A stretch of DNA of 64,000 nucleotides, taken from contig CM119270.1 of the NCBI GenBank assembly GCA_051294375.1, forward strand, positions 2,356,388 through 2,420,387. The letters are read 5' to 3'. Under the pieces are notes generated by a model. The model was not told where the DNA came from and searched no databases. It worked only from the letters and a program-made list of their open reading frames with translations. Made by a program: the position numbers and the translations under genes. Origin of the DNA: Paraspadella gotoi. Its lineage: Eukaryota; Animalia; Chaetognatha. Below are positions 14,101 to 27,211 of the stretch, in pieces; the stretch's first letter is position 1, and each line of letters starts with the position of its first letter.

Positions 14101-15295
14101 TCAATCAATCAATCAATCAGAGAGAGATAGAGAGAGAAAAACTTTTAAAAATTCAAATAAATGTGTCTTTGGTTTTCTAATTTGAACTCTTTTTCCACTC
14201 CTACGATTCCATCAAAAAGTTTTATATCCAAGCTTTATCACATACTTTCCTACCAACACACAAAATTCAATTTCGATTTATCTATCCAATTTTTAATAAA
14301 CATAATAATTATGAGTAAATTTAAGTAAAAAATACTTCAAGTAAATATGACTTTTGTTTTTTTTCCATTTTAACTCATTTCCCACTCGCCGATTCCATAA
14401 AAACTTTATATCCAGCTCAATCACACACACTTCCTACCATCATACAAAATTTCAAGTCAATTGCCCTAATCCACTCATGAGCAATTGGCGTTCAAATAGT
14501 GAAATATATTTTTTTGTTTTTTCCATTTAAACCAATTTCCACTCGCATGATTCCCTCGAAACTTCATATCCATCTCAATCACACAGTTTCCTACCCACAC
14601 ACAAAATTTCATACCAAAATCCATTCCATCCAATCACCGAGTAATTGGAGTTTTTTGCTAAGGTGGGACGGACGGACGGACGGACGGACGGACGGACGGA
14701 CGGACGGAACGGACGGACGGACATCGTTTTTGCATAAATTTATCATAATTCGATGTTCTGACATGATATAAGTGTGTGCCTGACAATATTGAGGGGGCTG
14801 ACCGACGGACCGACAACAGTGAATTAGAGAGTCGGGATCTGCTGATAAGCAGATCCGACTAAAAATGCGTGTATGAGTGAGAGAGAGAGAGAGAGTGTAC
14901 TAACACTTGCGGGTTCGTGCGACTTCGAAATCACGATATTTCAAAAGTAAAGCTTGTCTAAAGTCAGGGAAGAGATACCATAGCGGGTTTATGATAGAAC
15001 CATTTTTCAATTTGTCTTACTTGATTGAAGGTTCTATCTTGATTGGAGATTCTAACGTGTAACTTCATCCATTTGTCCGAAATAAAAAAAACTTACAAAA
15101 AAATTTAAAAAAAAAACAAGGGAAAAAATTGAGGTACAAAGAACCGAGACTGTAAGCAACTTTTCTATCTAAGTTTTTAGTCGGATCTGCTGATAAGCAC
15201 ACACTTATATCATGTCAGAACATCGAATTATGATAAATTATGCAGAGAAAACAAAGTTTGTTTGTTTCTAAACAACGATTTTTATTCACAATTGG

Positions 15296-15331
15296 GACAT
15301 GTTTCGGCTCTTGCCTTTAAGCCTTCATCAG
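15296..15331 (-). ncRNA. Minimal hammerhead within an inverted Penelope-like repeat
   Basis: CTGATGA-AGGCTT..GAGCC-GAAACATGTC; inverted partial copy at 15611-15692. Confidence 0.7.
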
Positions 15332-15371
15332 CGTTTGTTTCATTAACAAGTTTTCTCTCTAACATTGAGTT

Positions 15372-15419
<48 letters not shown>

Positions 15420-16944
15420 AGAGAAAAAATATATAAAGCTTCCAACACAAAGTGAAAAGGACAGTGGTCAGATTGAGGACAGGTGAAGGTAAGGGGAGAG
15501 AAGAAGAGGAAAGTGGTTGAAAAATGAATGGTGAAATATTGATTCATTTTTCAACCACTTTCCTCTTCTTCTCTCCCCTTACCTTCACCTGTCCTCAATC
15601 TGACCACTGTAAGGCTTAAAGGCAAGAGCCGAAACATGTCCCAATTGTGAATAAAAATCGTTGTTTACAAACAAACAAACTTTGTTTTCTCTAAATAATT
15701 AAATACAACGAAAAAGAAAGGAAATAATATAAAGATAAATTATGCAAAAAGAAAGATGTCCGTCCGTCCGTCTGTCTGTCCCTCCGTCCCCCATAGCAAA
15801 AAACTCCAATTATTAGTGATTGGATGGATGGCTTAGAATGAAATTTTGTGTGTGGTTAGGAAAGTGTTTGATTGATGGAATCGTGCGAGTGGAAATGAGT
15901 TTAAATGTAAAAAACAAGTTTTATTTACTTAAATTTTTTAAATAATTTTAACCTAATTTTAAATAATCATAATTGGATGGATAGATTGATATGAAATTTT
16001 GTGTGGTTAGGAAAGTGTATGATGAAGCTGGATATCAAGTTTCGAAGGAATCATGCAAGTGGAATTGAATCTTTTTACTAATTTTAACCCATAATTACTC
16101 GAATTAATAATAATTGGATGGATAGATTGAGATGAAAATATTTGTGTGGCTAGGAAAGTGTGATACTGTGATTGAGCAGGATATAAAATTTCGATGGAAT
16201 TTGGGAGTAGAAATGAGTTTGCTTGGCAAAAACCAGTCAAGTTTACTTGAATTTTTATTACTTATGCTTATTCACAAATATTTTAATTAATTAGTTAATT
16301 AATAAATTAAATTAAAAGTGAAAAATTGAGATGTTATTTGGAAAAAAATGATGCAAGTTAAAAAATTAATTATTAACTAAGCTATATATTTCGTCAAAAC
16401 ACAAATTCTCAACTTTTCCCCGATGCTCTTTTGTTCTTTTTTGCGGACACGGAAAAGTCCTCCGTTCTAGCGATCACAGCGACATATTTACGTTGCGTTA
16501 GGAAAATGTTATCATTTTCTATGCCTCGAGGGTCGCGCGTTTATTCGTCGGCCATAGGTTGAACTGGCTTTATCATGGAGCAAGGTTTTCTAAATCTTGA
16601 ATGTCGTAAATGACGAATAAATCTCGAATAAATTGTGCATAAGTTTATTTGTTGTAGGTAATAAATATGCGAAATTAATGTCGTACAATAAATTGGTGTA
16701 GAAAATCCTTGTTTCCGTATAACTACGGTTCCATACAGCCGATCTTTTCCAGAGAAACGATTATGATTGAATGACAAGTGACGATGTTTTCGGCCGAAAG
16801 AAAGCCACAAGAAAGCGACAAGAACGGTGAAAAGACTGGTCTGAAAAATTCAACTTATTGACCAGGGAAAAATGACCGGACGCGAGGTCACAAAATCTTT
16901 CATTAGTTACTATTACGTACTAAGGACCTTAGTAAGGTTTATAC

Positions 16945-17178
16945 TAAAGAGACAGTAATTATTGTTATGTGTTAGTGACAGAACCGTTCAATATAAGCAG
17001 TCCCTGAGCTTCGGATCAGGCTGTAACACCATGTTACAGGCGGGTTAAGCGCCCCGTCCCTCTTAACTGCCAGACGACCACCGGGCTAGAACCCCGGACG
17101 TTTGGGTTGGTAGGCGAATGACTTGCCTCTGGCACCAATGGCCGCTGATGAACGGTTGGTGGATTTTAGTCCACCATA
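16945..17178 (-). mobile_element. Family A solo LTR (tRNA-like + twister)
   Basis: Homologous to the 21471-22141 LTRs; TSD ATAC; empty site visible in the paralogous duplicated segment at ~7062. Confidence 0.9.
16997..17070 (-). ncRNA. Twister ribozyme (family A); further copies at 19530-19603(+), 21532-21606(-), 21958-22031(-), ~26253-26326(-), ~56404-56477(+)
   Basis: GCAGT-TAA-GAGG-GA-CGG-GGCGCT-TAA-CCC-GCC-TGTAAC..GTTACA-G-CCTGA-TCCG-AAGC-TCAGG-G-ACTGC. Confidence 0.82.
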
Positions 17179-17471
17179 ATACCAAGGTTCAGAATTTCGA
17201 GGCAGTGTTCGGCTGATTCTGATTGGTTCCCATGATTTCGATGGATTCTAATCGAATTGTGTCTACGTGGAATCTTCAAGTCTTTTAGCTTTTCACTGCG
17301 TTTTTTAGTGCTTTCTCTAGCAATAAAAACCTTTAGATATCTCTGAATTCACTTATTTTTAGTAAGATTTGTGATCGCTAAATTGGTGGACTTATCTGAG
17401 AGAAGCAACTCTTTATTTGCATTACATTGACTTCAGAAACAAGTAAGAAAATACACTTTAAACTTATATAT

Positions 17472-18083
17472 TAAGGCGTAGTAAATTTTCTAAATTTAAC
17501 TTTAATTAAAATTCTTAAAGTGAGGAACGAATAACATTATATTAATGAACATTTATGTAATAAAACAATTTATAATAAATTTTACAATTTACGCAGTAGG
17601 CCATATTTATACTAGTACTAAACCAATAAATGTTAAAATTTCAAAACAGTTTTTTGTAAGATTTTTTTGCAGATTTGGATTCGTCATAAAAAGTTGATAA
17701 AAAGAAATATAACTCTTTTTGAAAAATTCCTTCATTAAGTGGGTCAAAAATGAGAAAAAGCTATATTTTAAGCTGAAAATTAATTTTTTATATATTAAAT
17801 ATAGTTTTTTTAATTTTTAACCCACTTAATGAAAGAATTTTTAAAAATGACTTATATTTTCTTTTATCAACTTTTTACGAGGAATTCAAATCTGCAATCA
17901 AAATTAAGAAAAGCCTATTTTGAAATTTTTCGATTTTATAAGGATAGTACTATATATAAATATAGCCTACTGCGAAAATTAAAAAACATAAAATTAATTT
18001 TTTTTACAAATTAATGTTCACTGATGGTATGTTGTTCATAATTGACTTTTAGAATTTTCGTATGTAACTTTCACTACGCCCTA
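17472..18083. mobile_element. hAT-type MITE, copy 2
   Basis: TAAGGCGTAGT...ACTACGCCCTA, 8-bp TSD TTATATAT; empty site at ~7337. Confidence 0.85.
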
Positions 18084-19442
18084 TTATATATATATTTGTT
18101 GAGTTTTGTATTAAATGTTTTCTTCCTTTGACCCAGGGCTTCTAACACAACAACATTCAAGCACTTGCTTTCGTCAAGCCCTAGGCTTCACAGATCGTGG
18201 TTCCTCGGCCTAAGCCGACGTCGTTTTGCCGAGACTTTGTCGTCATCATCTCCAGGGCGTTTTCAGCGGCGCCATCGTCTCTTCTGCGCCATTTATTGTC
18301 GAATTCCTTTTGTCTTGAATGAGTAGAATAAGCTCAGACTTTTAGAACTCTAGGACAGCCACTTCTCAGAACTAAGTTCGAAACAATGCGAGTTAAAACA
18401 AGTTTGAGCAAACAATATCGGATCTGCCTACGATAAATAAGCGGTAATCAGATAATCAGATGATAAATCACGATAAGTCTTTCAATTTGTGATCCTAACT
18501 GATCATAACATACCATACCAACTTGCATAATTTTTTAACTCACATCATCTTTTTAATTTGTATCCTTTTTTCAACTTCCATCATTTTTTTCAAATTGCAT
18601 CATTTTTAATTGCAAGCAGTATTACAAATCAGAAACAGTTACAGTGTAAAAGACTGGAAAACGATAAAAAAGTAAAAACTAAACTATTAAAAAAAGAGTA
18701 AAAAACCCGTTCTTGATTCGGCGACCACTTTATCAGCTGGTCAAGCTGAGATAAACTCTTTCACCAGAGCCACGACTTCGCTCCACATTCTGGTCAATCG
18801 ATCCACAGTCTTCTTAACCATGAATGAATTAACATCCAATTTTTTTTTATTAAAAAAAAATACTTTAATAAGTTTCAATATATTGATTGCTGCAGCTTAT
18901 ATTATCTTCAGAAAAAACAACTTTTTTGAATATTTTTTTTGATTAAAAAAAATAATAATTCATAAACCGATAAGAATTTTTAAAAAATATTGCTACCAAG
19001 AATTAGCCAATTATCTGTTTATAAAGAGTTACCTAAATTTATAAAGCAAGCTTTTTAAGAAATATTAAAAAATAACCCTTTTATAAAAATTTTTTGATGA
19101 AAATACAAAACATCGATTATTAAAAAATCACCATTTAATAGAAAATTCGCTTAATTCATCAAGTAAGGTGTCCAACATGTACAGTTTTTTACGCTTTAAT
19201 GATTAAAACTGGTTTCGTTTGAGTATACTTAATGCCCTTTGAGATATTGAAGAAATGCCCTAATTTTTCAGTTTTTCAGCATTTTTTGAAAAGTTGGCAG
19301 CATTTCCCATAATTTAAAAAAAAAATGAATATTGTAAAACATCCGCGCATGTATGAAGCTCGTTTTGAGCCCTACTCCTAAGCTGGATCACAAACTTCCA
19401 ATTTTCTGGAAAGGTCTATTGTCCATGTGGTAGCGTGAAGAC

Positions 19443-19690
19443 TATGGTGGACTAAAATCCATTGGTGCCGGAGGCAAGTCATTCGCCTCCCCACCCAAAG
19501 GTCCCGGGTTCTAGCCCGGTGGTCGCCTAGCGGTTAAGAGAGACGGGGCACTTAACCCGCCTGTAACATGGTGTTACAGCTTGATCCAAAGCTCAGGGAC
19601 TGCTTATATTGAACGGTTCTATCACTAACACATAACAATAATTACTGTCTCTTCATTGGTGAGCCTGACTTCCGAACACAACAGCAACAA
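19443..19690 (+). mobile_element. Family A 5' LTR plus PBS and truncated interior
   Basis: LTR 19443-19655 followed by TTGGTGAGCCTGAC and CAA-rich interior; 3' part lost at a deletion relative to the other duplicate copy. Confidence 0.85.
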
Positions 19691-19989
19691 CAACACTGAT
19701 GATAATGACAACGACGACAATGATGAAGATGATAATACTGATGACTATGATGATGATAGAATCAGTGTTAAAGGAGGGAATGAGGCGTTGCTATGGTGAT
19801 TTCTGTTGTGAATGAGATGGAATCGAGAAAAGATGCGAGATTATTTTTTTAAAATCAAGTGGGAGTGGAACGTCATCTCTCTCTCTCACTCTCTCTTTCT
19901 CTCTCTCTCTTTCTCTTTCTCTCTTCCCTATTAGTTTCGAGAGTTCTCATCCGCTCGTTCCCAAAGGGGAATACCGATTTCTTTTTGAT

Positions 19990-20033
<44 letters not shown>

Positions 20034-21470
20034 ACTCTCTTTTTCTCTCTTTCTCTTTACTCAGAATAACCAACCCTTATTACCTCCTTCTCTCCAAAAA
20101 TACATCAGATCCGCAGCAGTGAAGCAGCGACGCAAGTAAAGGAATATCCGCTGCTGACTTTCGACTTCACCAGCTGACGATACTCTCAACGATTATGCTT
20201 CAACAGACGGCACTGAAAAAATTATGGCGCCTCCGGTTGATGGCACTGCAAACGGATGATGCTTTAAACTGACGGCACTGCAAACATTGCCTCTAAATCG
20301 TGGCACTTCAGACTACCGGCGCCTTCAACTGGCCCTGAAAACTAACAGCGCCTCCAACCGACGAAGCTTCGATCTCATCGGCACAAGCAATCGGCCACAC
20401 TGGATAACCACGTCACATCAAGCCGTTAAATCGTTGCTTAGCAACGACTTGCTGCATACTCAAGGAACCGCAATTTCATTGTGATTGATTTTGTTTACTA
20501 ACAACGCAGGGGAATTAGCCTCACCAAAAACCAAACCGGATCATAGGATCGGGGTGTATGAAATGCTAACATAGATGTAATATTATTTTTACTATATGTA
20601 GTTTAAACTAGTATATTTAATTATCATTTCCAAATGAAATATGTTTAGCTATATACATTATACAAAAAAAAAGAATATATATTATAAAAAATCTTTTTTT
20701 GGCACATAAACAAAGTAGTTGATAAAAATTAACTAAAATAGCTTCCACTACATACGATTTAAACACTTTGAAACATTGATAAATTAGACAGATAATAAAA
20801 AACAAATAGATCTATAAACAGAAAAAAACAGACAAACTGACAAACCGACCGACCGACCGACTTATAGAGTCTTTCCACATGCGCGCGACCGAAAAATAAA
20901 AAAAACTAAACCGGGCGTCGGTTGGAAACTTGATTGAAATTGGCGCTTTTGTTTCCCGACTTCAATTAAGCGCGCGTTTTATCGTCATTCGTCATTTTCG
21001 TTTTTCCTTCGTTGATGTGGAAGGCGAGGGGGGAGGGAGGGGGGAATGATAGGGGGGGGAGAAATGATTAGAGATGTGTGTGTGTGTGTGTGTGGCGAGA
21101 TGAGACGTGGGTTTTTGTGTTGGCTGAGAGGTGGATAGGAAGGATGTTCCGATGAAGGAAGGATGTTGTTGAAAGCGTTGGAAATATTACCACGCCTATT
21201 AAGGTATTTAAAAATAACAAAATGTAACAAATCGAATAAGGTACATAGCTATTTTTGTATAGTTTCTTCTTCTTTGTCGGAAATGTCGATTTTTGCAGCA
21301 TATAAGGTACTATTCAAATGGAACAAACGTTGGTGAGTATAAAAAACTCAAATTATTAGAATTTTATAAAAGCCATATTTAGTTTACATAATATAAAAAT
21401 AAAATTCCATATAAATATTTTGGTAAGTTTATTTACAAATTTTATATTTTATTAACTGTTTGTTAACTAT

Positions 21471-22141
21471 TGAAGAGATAGTAATTATTGATAAGTGTGA
21501 ATGACAGAACCGTTCAATATAAGCACTTTAAGCAGTCCCTGAGCTTCGGATCAGGCTGTAACATCCGGTGTTACAGGCGGGTTAAGCGCCCGTCCCTCTT
21601 AACTGCCTGACGACCACCGGGCTAGAACCCCTGGACTTTGGGTTGGGGAGGCGAATGTCTTGCCTCCAGCACCAAGGGCCGCTGATGAAGGTTTTGGTGG
21701 ATTTTAGTCCACCATACATCCCCCATCCCGTAGGAAGAAGTCTGTTGCGTCTCTTCAGTGAATTGTTGTTGTTTGGTGGAAAGTTCGTCACCAAGTTGAG
21801 GGCATGTTGCCTGATGTGTTGGGGGTGGAAAGTGCATCGCCAGGTTGAGGCATGTTGCTTAAAAGTGTTGTTTTTGCTGTTGTGTTTGGAAGTCGGGCTC
21901 ACCAATGAAGAGATAGTAATTATTGATAAGTGTTACTGACAGAACCCTTCAATATAAGCAGTCCCTGAGCTTCGGATCAGGCTGTAACACCGTGTTAGCA
22001 GCGGGTTAAGCGCCGCCGTCCTCTTAACTGCCAGACGACCACCGGGCTAGAACCCCTGGACCTTTGGGTTCGGAGGCAAATGTCTTGCCTCCGGCACCAA
22101 TGGCCGCTGATGAAGCGGTTGGTGGATTTTAGTCCACCATA
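21471..22141 (-). mobile_element. Complete non-autonomous miniature LTR retroelement (TRIM/retrozyme-like), family A
   Basis: Direct repeats 21471-21716 and 21906-22141 (TATGGTGG...TCTCTTCA on minus). PBS TGGTGAGCCCGAC lies just inside the 5' LTR (21892-21904). Purine tract GGGATGGGGGATG abuts the 3' LTR. Non-coding interior is 189 bp. TSD CTAT on both sides. Confidence 0.92.
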
Positions 22142-23044
22142 CTATTATTTATTTATTATTAAATAATAATAAAAAATAAGCTAAAGTAAAAAAATTAAAA
22201 TTTGTTTATTAGGGTGGAGTGATGAAAATATTGAGTGATTGAACATTTACTCCCTATGGATATATAATCAATGAATTTTAAATCCTTTTAAAAATATTTT
22301 TAGCATAACAGTATAGTAAATTCAATTATTTATGTAGTAATATCCTTATAAATTTGTTAAATTTCAAAATATTTTTATTTTATTTTTAAGAACAGATTTG
22401 GATTCGCAATAAAAAACTAAGAAACTTTTATAAAATATGTTATATGATATTTTAATGTTTAAACCGCAAAAAATTACTAAAACGTTTTAATATATATAAG
22501 TTTATACTACAGAGAGTAAAAAATTGATGAATTTTTATGAAAATTTGCAAATTACTTGTTTCACTATTTTCTATTTTTATATTTTATGAAGGATTTATTA
22601 TTTAATCTATATTATTTAAACAAATATATATTGCTTTCTTTTTTAAAAATATCTTATTTATCTAATAATTTAATTTGGGAAGGGGAAGTCAGTGTTGTTT
22701 TCTGGAAATAGAGGGAGCATCTATATTTTTTCTCGTTTTAAATGCTGAAGATGACATAATTTTTGATAATATGTTTTATATTTTTGATTCAATAATCTGA
22801 ATTTTTAATAAAGTTAATTTACTATTTTATAAGAATATTACTACAAATATATTATATTTTACTATTCTGTTCCCAAGACAATAAGAACATAATATTTTTT
22901 GTTCTAGTTAACCATACTATATCACATCTAAATATCCTTGTTCGATCATTCAAATAATTTTTTTGTTCTTGAGTGCTCCACTCTATTGTTTATACTAAAA
23001 TAGCTATGTACCTTATTCGATTTTTTATTTTTTGTTATTTTTAA

Positions 23045-23202
23045 ACGCCCTAACTCCTATAAGCATAACAACTTCAGTTGTGACTTGGTGGCTCTTCGAG
23101 CAAAGCCATTGGCTCATGACCTTTAGGTACCCGGATCGATCCCAAATGGTATCTACCTTAGGCGAAGCGGGAAACCGGCCTGGTTGCAAGCCAAGGACCC
23201 GT
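23045..23202 (+). mobile_element. Degenerate family C fragment
   Basis: CCTATAAGCAT..TTCAGTTGTGAC..GGTGGCTC..TAGGTACC..GCCTGGTTGCAAGCCAAGGACCCGTT matches 58950-59142. Confidence 0.65.
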
Positions 23203-25008
23203 TTTATTACTGGTAAGGGGGAGAAGGAGCGACAAATTGTAGTTTTCATTATTCAGCCCACTTTGCGCCTTTTCAACAAGAAAGAGAAATAGAGGGAGTG
23301 AGAGAGAGAGAGAAAAAAAAGTGTAGAGAGTGTTTAAATTGACAACCAAGAGAGAGAGAGAGAGATGATTTAAAGGAAAGAAGCTCTGTTGAGTATATGG
23401 GGATCGAGGCTGACTATAGAGTTAGGAGTAAAAACTATGGAGTTTATTTAATGAATCGGAAAACATTGGATTCTTGGATTTTTAGTTAAAACTCTATTAG
23501 TCACTTTTTGGTCGGTCGGTCTATTAGTCACTTTTTGGTCGGTCGGTCTTTCCATCGATCTGTCCCACTTACGATAAATTGCATATAATTTGCCTAAAGT
23601 TGGTTGCTCATTTGTTAAGACAGGAAAAAACCACAAATCTAAGTGACTGCAAGCGCCGCCATTAGGAAATCCTAAAACTAAAAGGAATAAAAGACGGAAT
23701 TTCGATGCAGTACATGTCATAAATACATATATGCATATTATATATAAATACATATTTTGCTTGTACCAATTTCATACAAAGGCTAAGAAAGTTTTTTAGT
23801 CATGCTTCGAAATTCGAATAAATGCCAAAAAAAAATTTCATTATTAGAAATTAATTTTTTAACAAAAAAGATTGCCTACAGCTGTTAAAATATCATTTGG
23901 AATATTGAAAAAAAAAACTTGACTTGCGTCAGTCGCGTATTTCATACCGAATAGTTATTTAATTTTTTTTCGCGATATAAACACAAAAATTTGGCAGCGT
24001 TGTCAGATTCACCAACCTCAATAGCGGTTCCCTATTAAACTCCTTTTGTACTAAATTATGATTTGATTTAATTCAACAGCTCACATTTTACTATAGTAGA
24101 TTGTATTTTGTAATTGTTAAATGTTAGAATTATTTTCTTAAATACTAAACGTAACTACAAGACTTTATTAATATCTTATAATGTGCGCTAAAGAGAGGTC
24201 CAGGAGCAATGGGAGATTCTATACAACAAAATGTTTAAAGACTTATTTCTCTGGATTATAAATCGTTTTTATTCGCGTTTGTTTTGTGTTTTATGTATAA
24301 ACAAATAAACAAACAAATAATGGAATCTTTTTACGTGAAAATCCAAGACTCAAATCGGAAGCGAAGACGACGTAATGTGAATCGACATCGCGGAAACCGA
24401 ACGCTGGGAACCACGGGAAATATCACTACGAAAAGAGGAAGAAAGAAAAATCAACAAAAGAAAGAAGAACCAATAATTTATTTTGATTAAAGTCGGAAAA
24501 AAATGAAAAGTAATATCGATCAAAAAAAAAAAGAATTACTCCATTGTTCGTAGTGAATTCATACAACAGAAGTACGGTATGAGAGAGAGAGAGCGAGAGC
24601 GAGAGTGAGAGTGAGAGAGAGAAGTGAGATGAGAAGAGAGAGATGGTGGGTAAGGGTGACGGCTCGGCAGAAAATTCAATTATGGTCTGAATTGAGAGAA
24701 AATCCTTTTGAGCGAAAAAAAATAGAAAAAAGTGAGAGAGAGAGAAAAATTTTTTTTTTTCAAAGGAGGAAGATTAAAAGTAGTAACAAGATGATTTAGG
24801 CAAAAAAAAAGCAAAAACAAAAAAATAAAACAAACAAAACAAAAACAAAGGCAACGCAACTTTTTCCTTTAACTTTTTTTTTCTTTCTCACTTTTCACTT
24901 TTTTCGTTCGGATGAATTCTTTAGTTAATTAACGAAAAAATGATACATTGCATTTAACTTTTTCATGTATTGAATAGAAAAAGTGGCATTCTTCGTTTTT
25001 AATTCTCT

Positions 25009-25067
<59 letters not shown>

Positions 25068-26192
25068 ATCTTCCCCACCTATCATTCCCACTTATCTATC
25101 CCTCTTTCCTCTCTCCCCTCTTCCCATTTTTTCAATCGGCATTGTTATGCGAGAATTCTCCCTCAGTCGTAACAACAGACAGAAAAATAGGGACAAGCAG
25201 AAAAAAAAATTATGGAACCGAAAAGAAAGACAAACAAAAATAATAATAAATAAATAAAAACGAAGAAATAAAAAAAAAGATCTCAAAAACTTCTTCCAAT
25301 GTGCTGTCTTTTTCGCCCTCGTCTGAACGCCATCATTGTGCAGTTGCTTGGTGAAATCTGAACCTAAGGATGTTGTGGAACGGAATTTCAAGTGTCCCGT
25401 CTTTTCGTGAAGGGGTTTCTGACCCGGATGTTGAAACTGCGACCCGGATGTTGAACTTTGATCCACTAGAGAGGAACCTCTTCATAATTTGGCCAACGGT
25501 GACAAAGTAAATGGAACGTGAGAACTTATTGAGGAATAATGAACTACAGTGTGAGACATTTTTACGTTTTTGGCAGTTTGAATGTTTACGCAAAATAATG
25601 TTTACGTATAAAAAAGTTCATTGTGTACCATAAGATTAAGGAAATCATAGTAAATAAATAAAATAAATATAAAATATCCTAAATAAACAAATTAAAAAAA
25701 AGAAAGATAAGAAAATTTAAGAAAAATAACGAGAATCAAAATTAAAATTAAACAAATATAATAAAAACAAAACGCAAAACGAAAACAAAAAAAGAGAAAT
25801 GTGAGAGGCTATGGCTGAGGCCAAACACAACAACGTCAAGAAAGAAAAACAAAAAGAAAAAGAAAAGAGAAATGAAGGGCCAAGAGCTGAGGCCAAAACG
25901 CCAACAACAACGTCAAGAAGGAAAAACAAAAACAAAAGACATATAATCATCGTTTCATCTGATTCTTTGGCAAAGAAATCATCAAATTTTAATTTTACAT
26001 TTTTTTACAATTTGTTAGGCGAAAAGAGCGAAAAGAAGGTGTTAGCTTAATCGACCTATGGTTATTCTGGCTGCGTAGTCAGGGCCGGGATAGAAAAATT
26101 TTTATTCAAATAAAATCATTGTAGTAACAAAAACAAATTTCTTCTTTGCTTAAGAAAGAAAAAAAATATTATTTTTCTTTTAATTATCCTAT

Positions 26193-26442
26193 TGAAGAGA
26201 CAGTACTTATTTAATATAATGTCTGTTTTAATGACAGAACCGTTCATTATAAGCAGTCCCTGAGCTTCGGATCAGGCTGTAACACCATGTTACAGGCGGG
26301 TTAAGCGCCCCGTCCCTCTTAACTGCCAGACGACCACCGGGCTAGAACCCCGGACCTTTGGGTTGGGAGGCGAATGACTTGCCTCGGCACCAATGGCCGC
26401 TTCGATGAAAGCGGTTGTGTGGGATTTTTTAGGCTCCACATA
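26193..26442 (-). mobile_element. Family A solo LTR
   Basis: Homology to family A; TSD CTAT. Confidence 0.88.
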
Positions 26443-27010
26443 CTATATTTAGTCTTATCCTAACTACAAAATATTATTTTGCATTCATTTTTTTTCATGT
26501 ATGAAGAAAACCATGATGTTTCATATAACCTATTCAGAGATAACGATTTCAATCACCAATTTTTTTTATGGCTGCATACACTACGCCACGCTAACTTTCA
26601 TTGTGACTTAAGTGGTTGTTCGAATTGTGGTTCATGTTAGTTTTTTTATTTCGATGCGACAAAAATAATAACAATGAATATCCAACAATCCATCACACAA
26701 AGAATGTTTTGAAGAATTTATCCTGCTTTCACCTTTATTTACAAAACATTAGATACACTATGGAGACCATCAAAAACTGTTGGTTCTGTTGTATGATTGA
26801 TAAATGCATGTTAATGTTAATGTTAATGCATGCATACATAAATATCACCCTTTTCATTGATCTCCTACGCCTAATTTTATACAAATTAATAACGATGAAG
26901 GTAGCTACTTATTTGAAGTTGGCCTTTTCAATCTTGTTTACAGTTTAAAGTTTTAACATTAAAGGAAAAACGAAATTTTTTCGCGCTTTAACAACATTTA
27001 TTTTTATGTA

Positions 27011-27052
27011 ATGGACAAGTTTCGACTCTAGTTTTCGAGTCTTCATCAGCAT
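27011..27052 (-). ncRNA. Minimal hammerhead
   Basis: ATG-CTGATGA-AGACTC-GAAAACTA-GAGTC-GAAACTTGTC-CAT. Confidence 0.68.
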
Positions 27053-27113
27053 TGAAAAAGATACTTTCACAAACTTTTTATATTGGTAGAGAGAGAGAGA
27101 GAAGGAGGGAGAT

Positions 27114-27211
<98 letters not shown>

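Larger units (their letters stand above)
3610..20310 (+). repeat. Direct segmental duplication: ~3610-8298 vs ~14860-19442, and ~11090-13615 vs ~19748-20310
   Basis: Collinear near-identical unique sequence, interrupted by different TE insertions in each copy. Confidence 0.88.

Noticed and set aside
17071-17148. tRNA-like segments in families A-D as real tRNA genes
   Set aside because: Cloverleaf and anticodon arms are degenerate and vary among copies; they are embedded in TSD-flanked repeats.
17146-17178. CTGATGA followed by a hairpin in family A LTRs as a hammerhead
   Set aside because: No GAAA/stem III/NUH follows. It lies on the strand opposite the PBS, and the twister explains the structure better.
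21582-21939. ORFs across the TRIM
   Set aside because: No gag/pol similarity; they cross LTR boundaries and overlap structured RNA.
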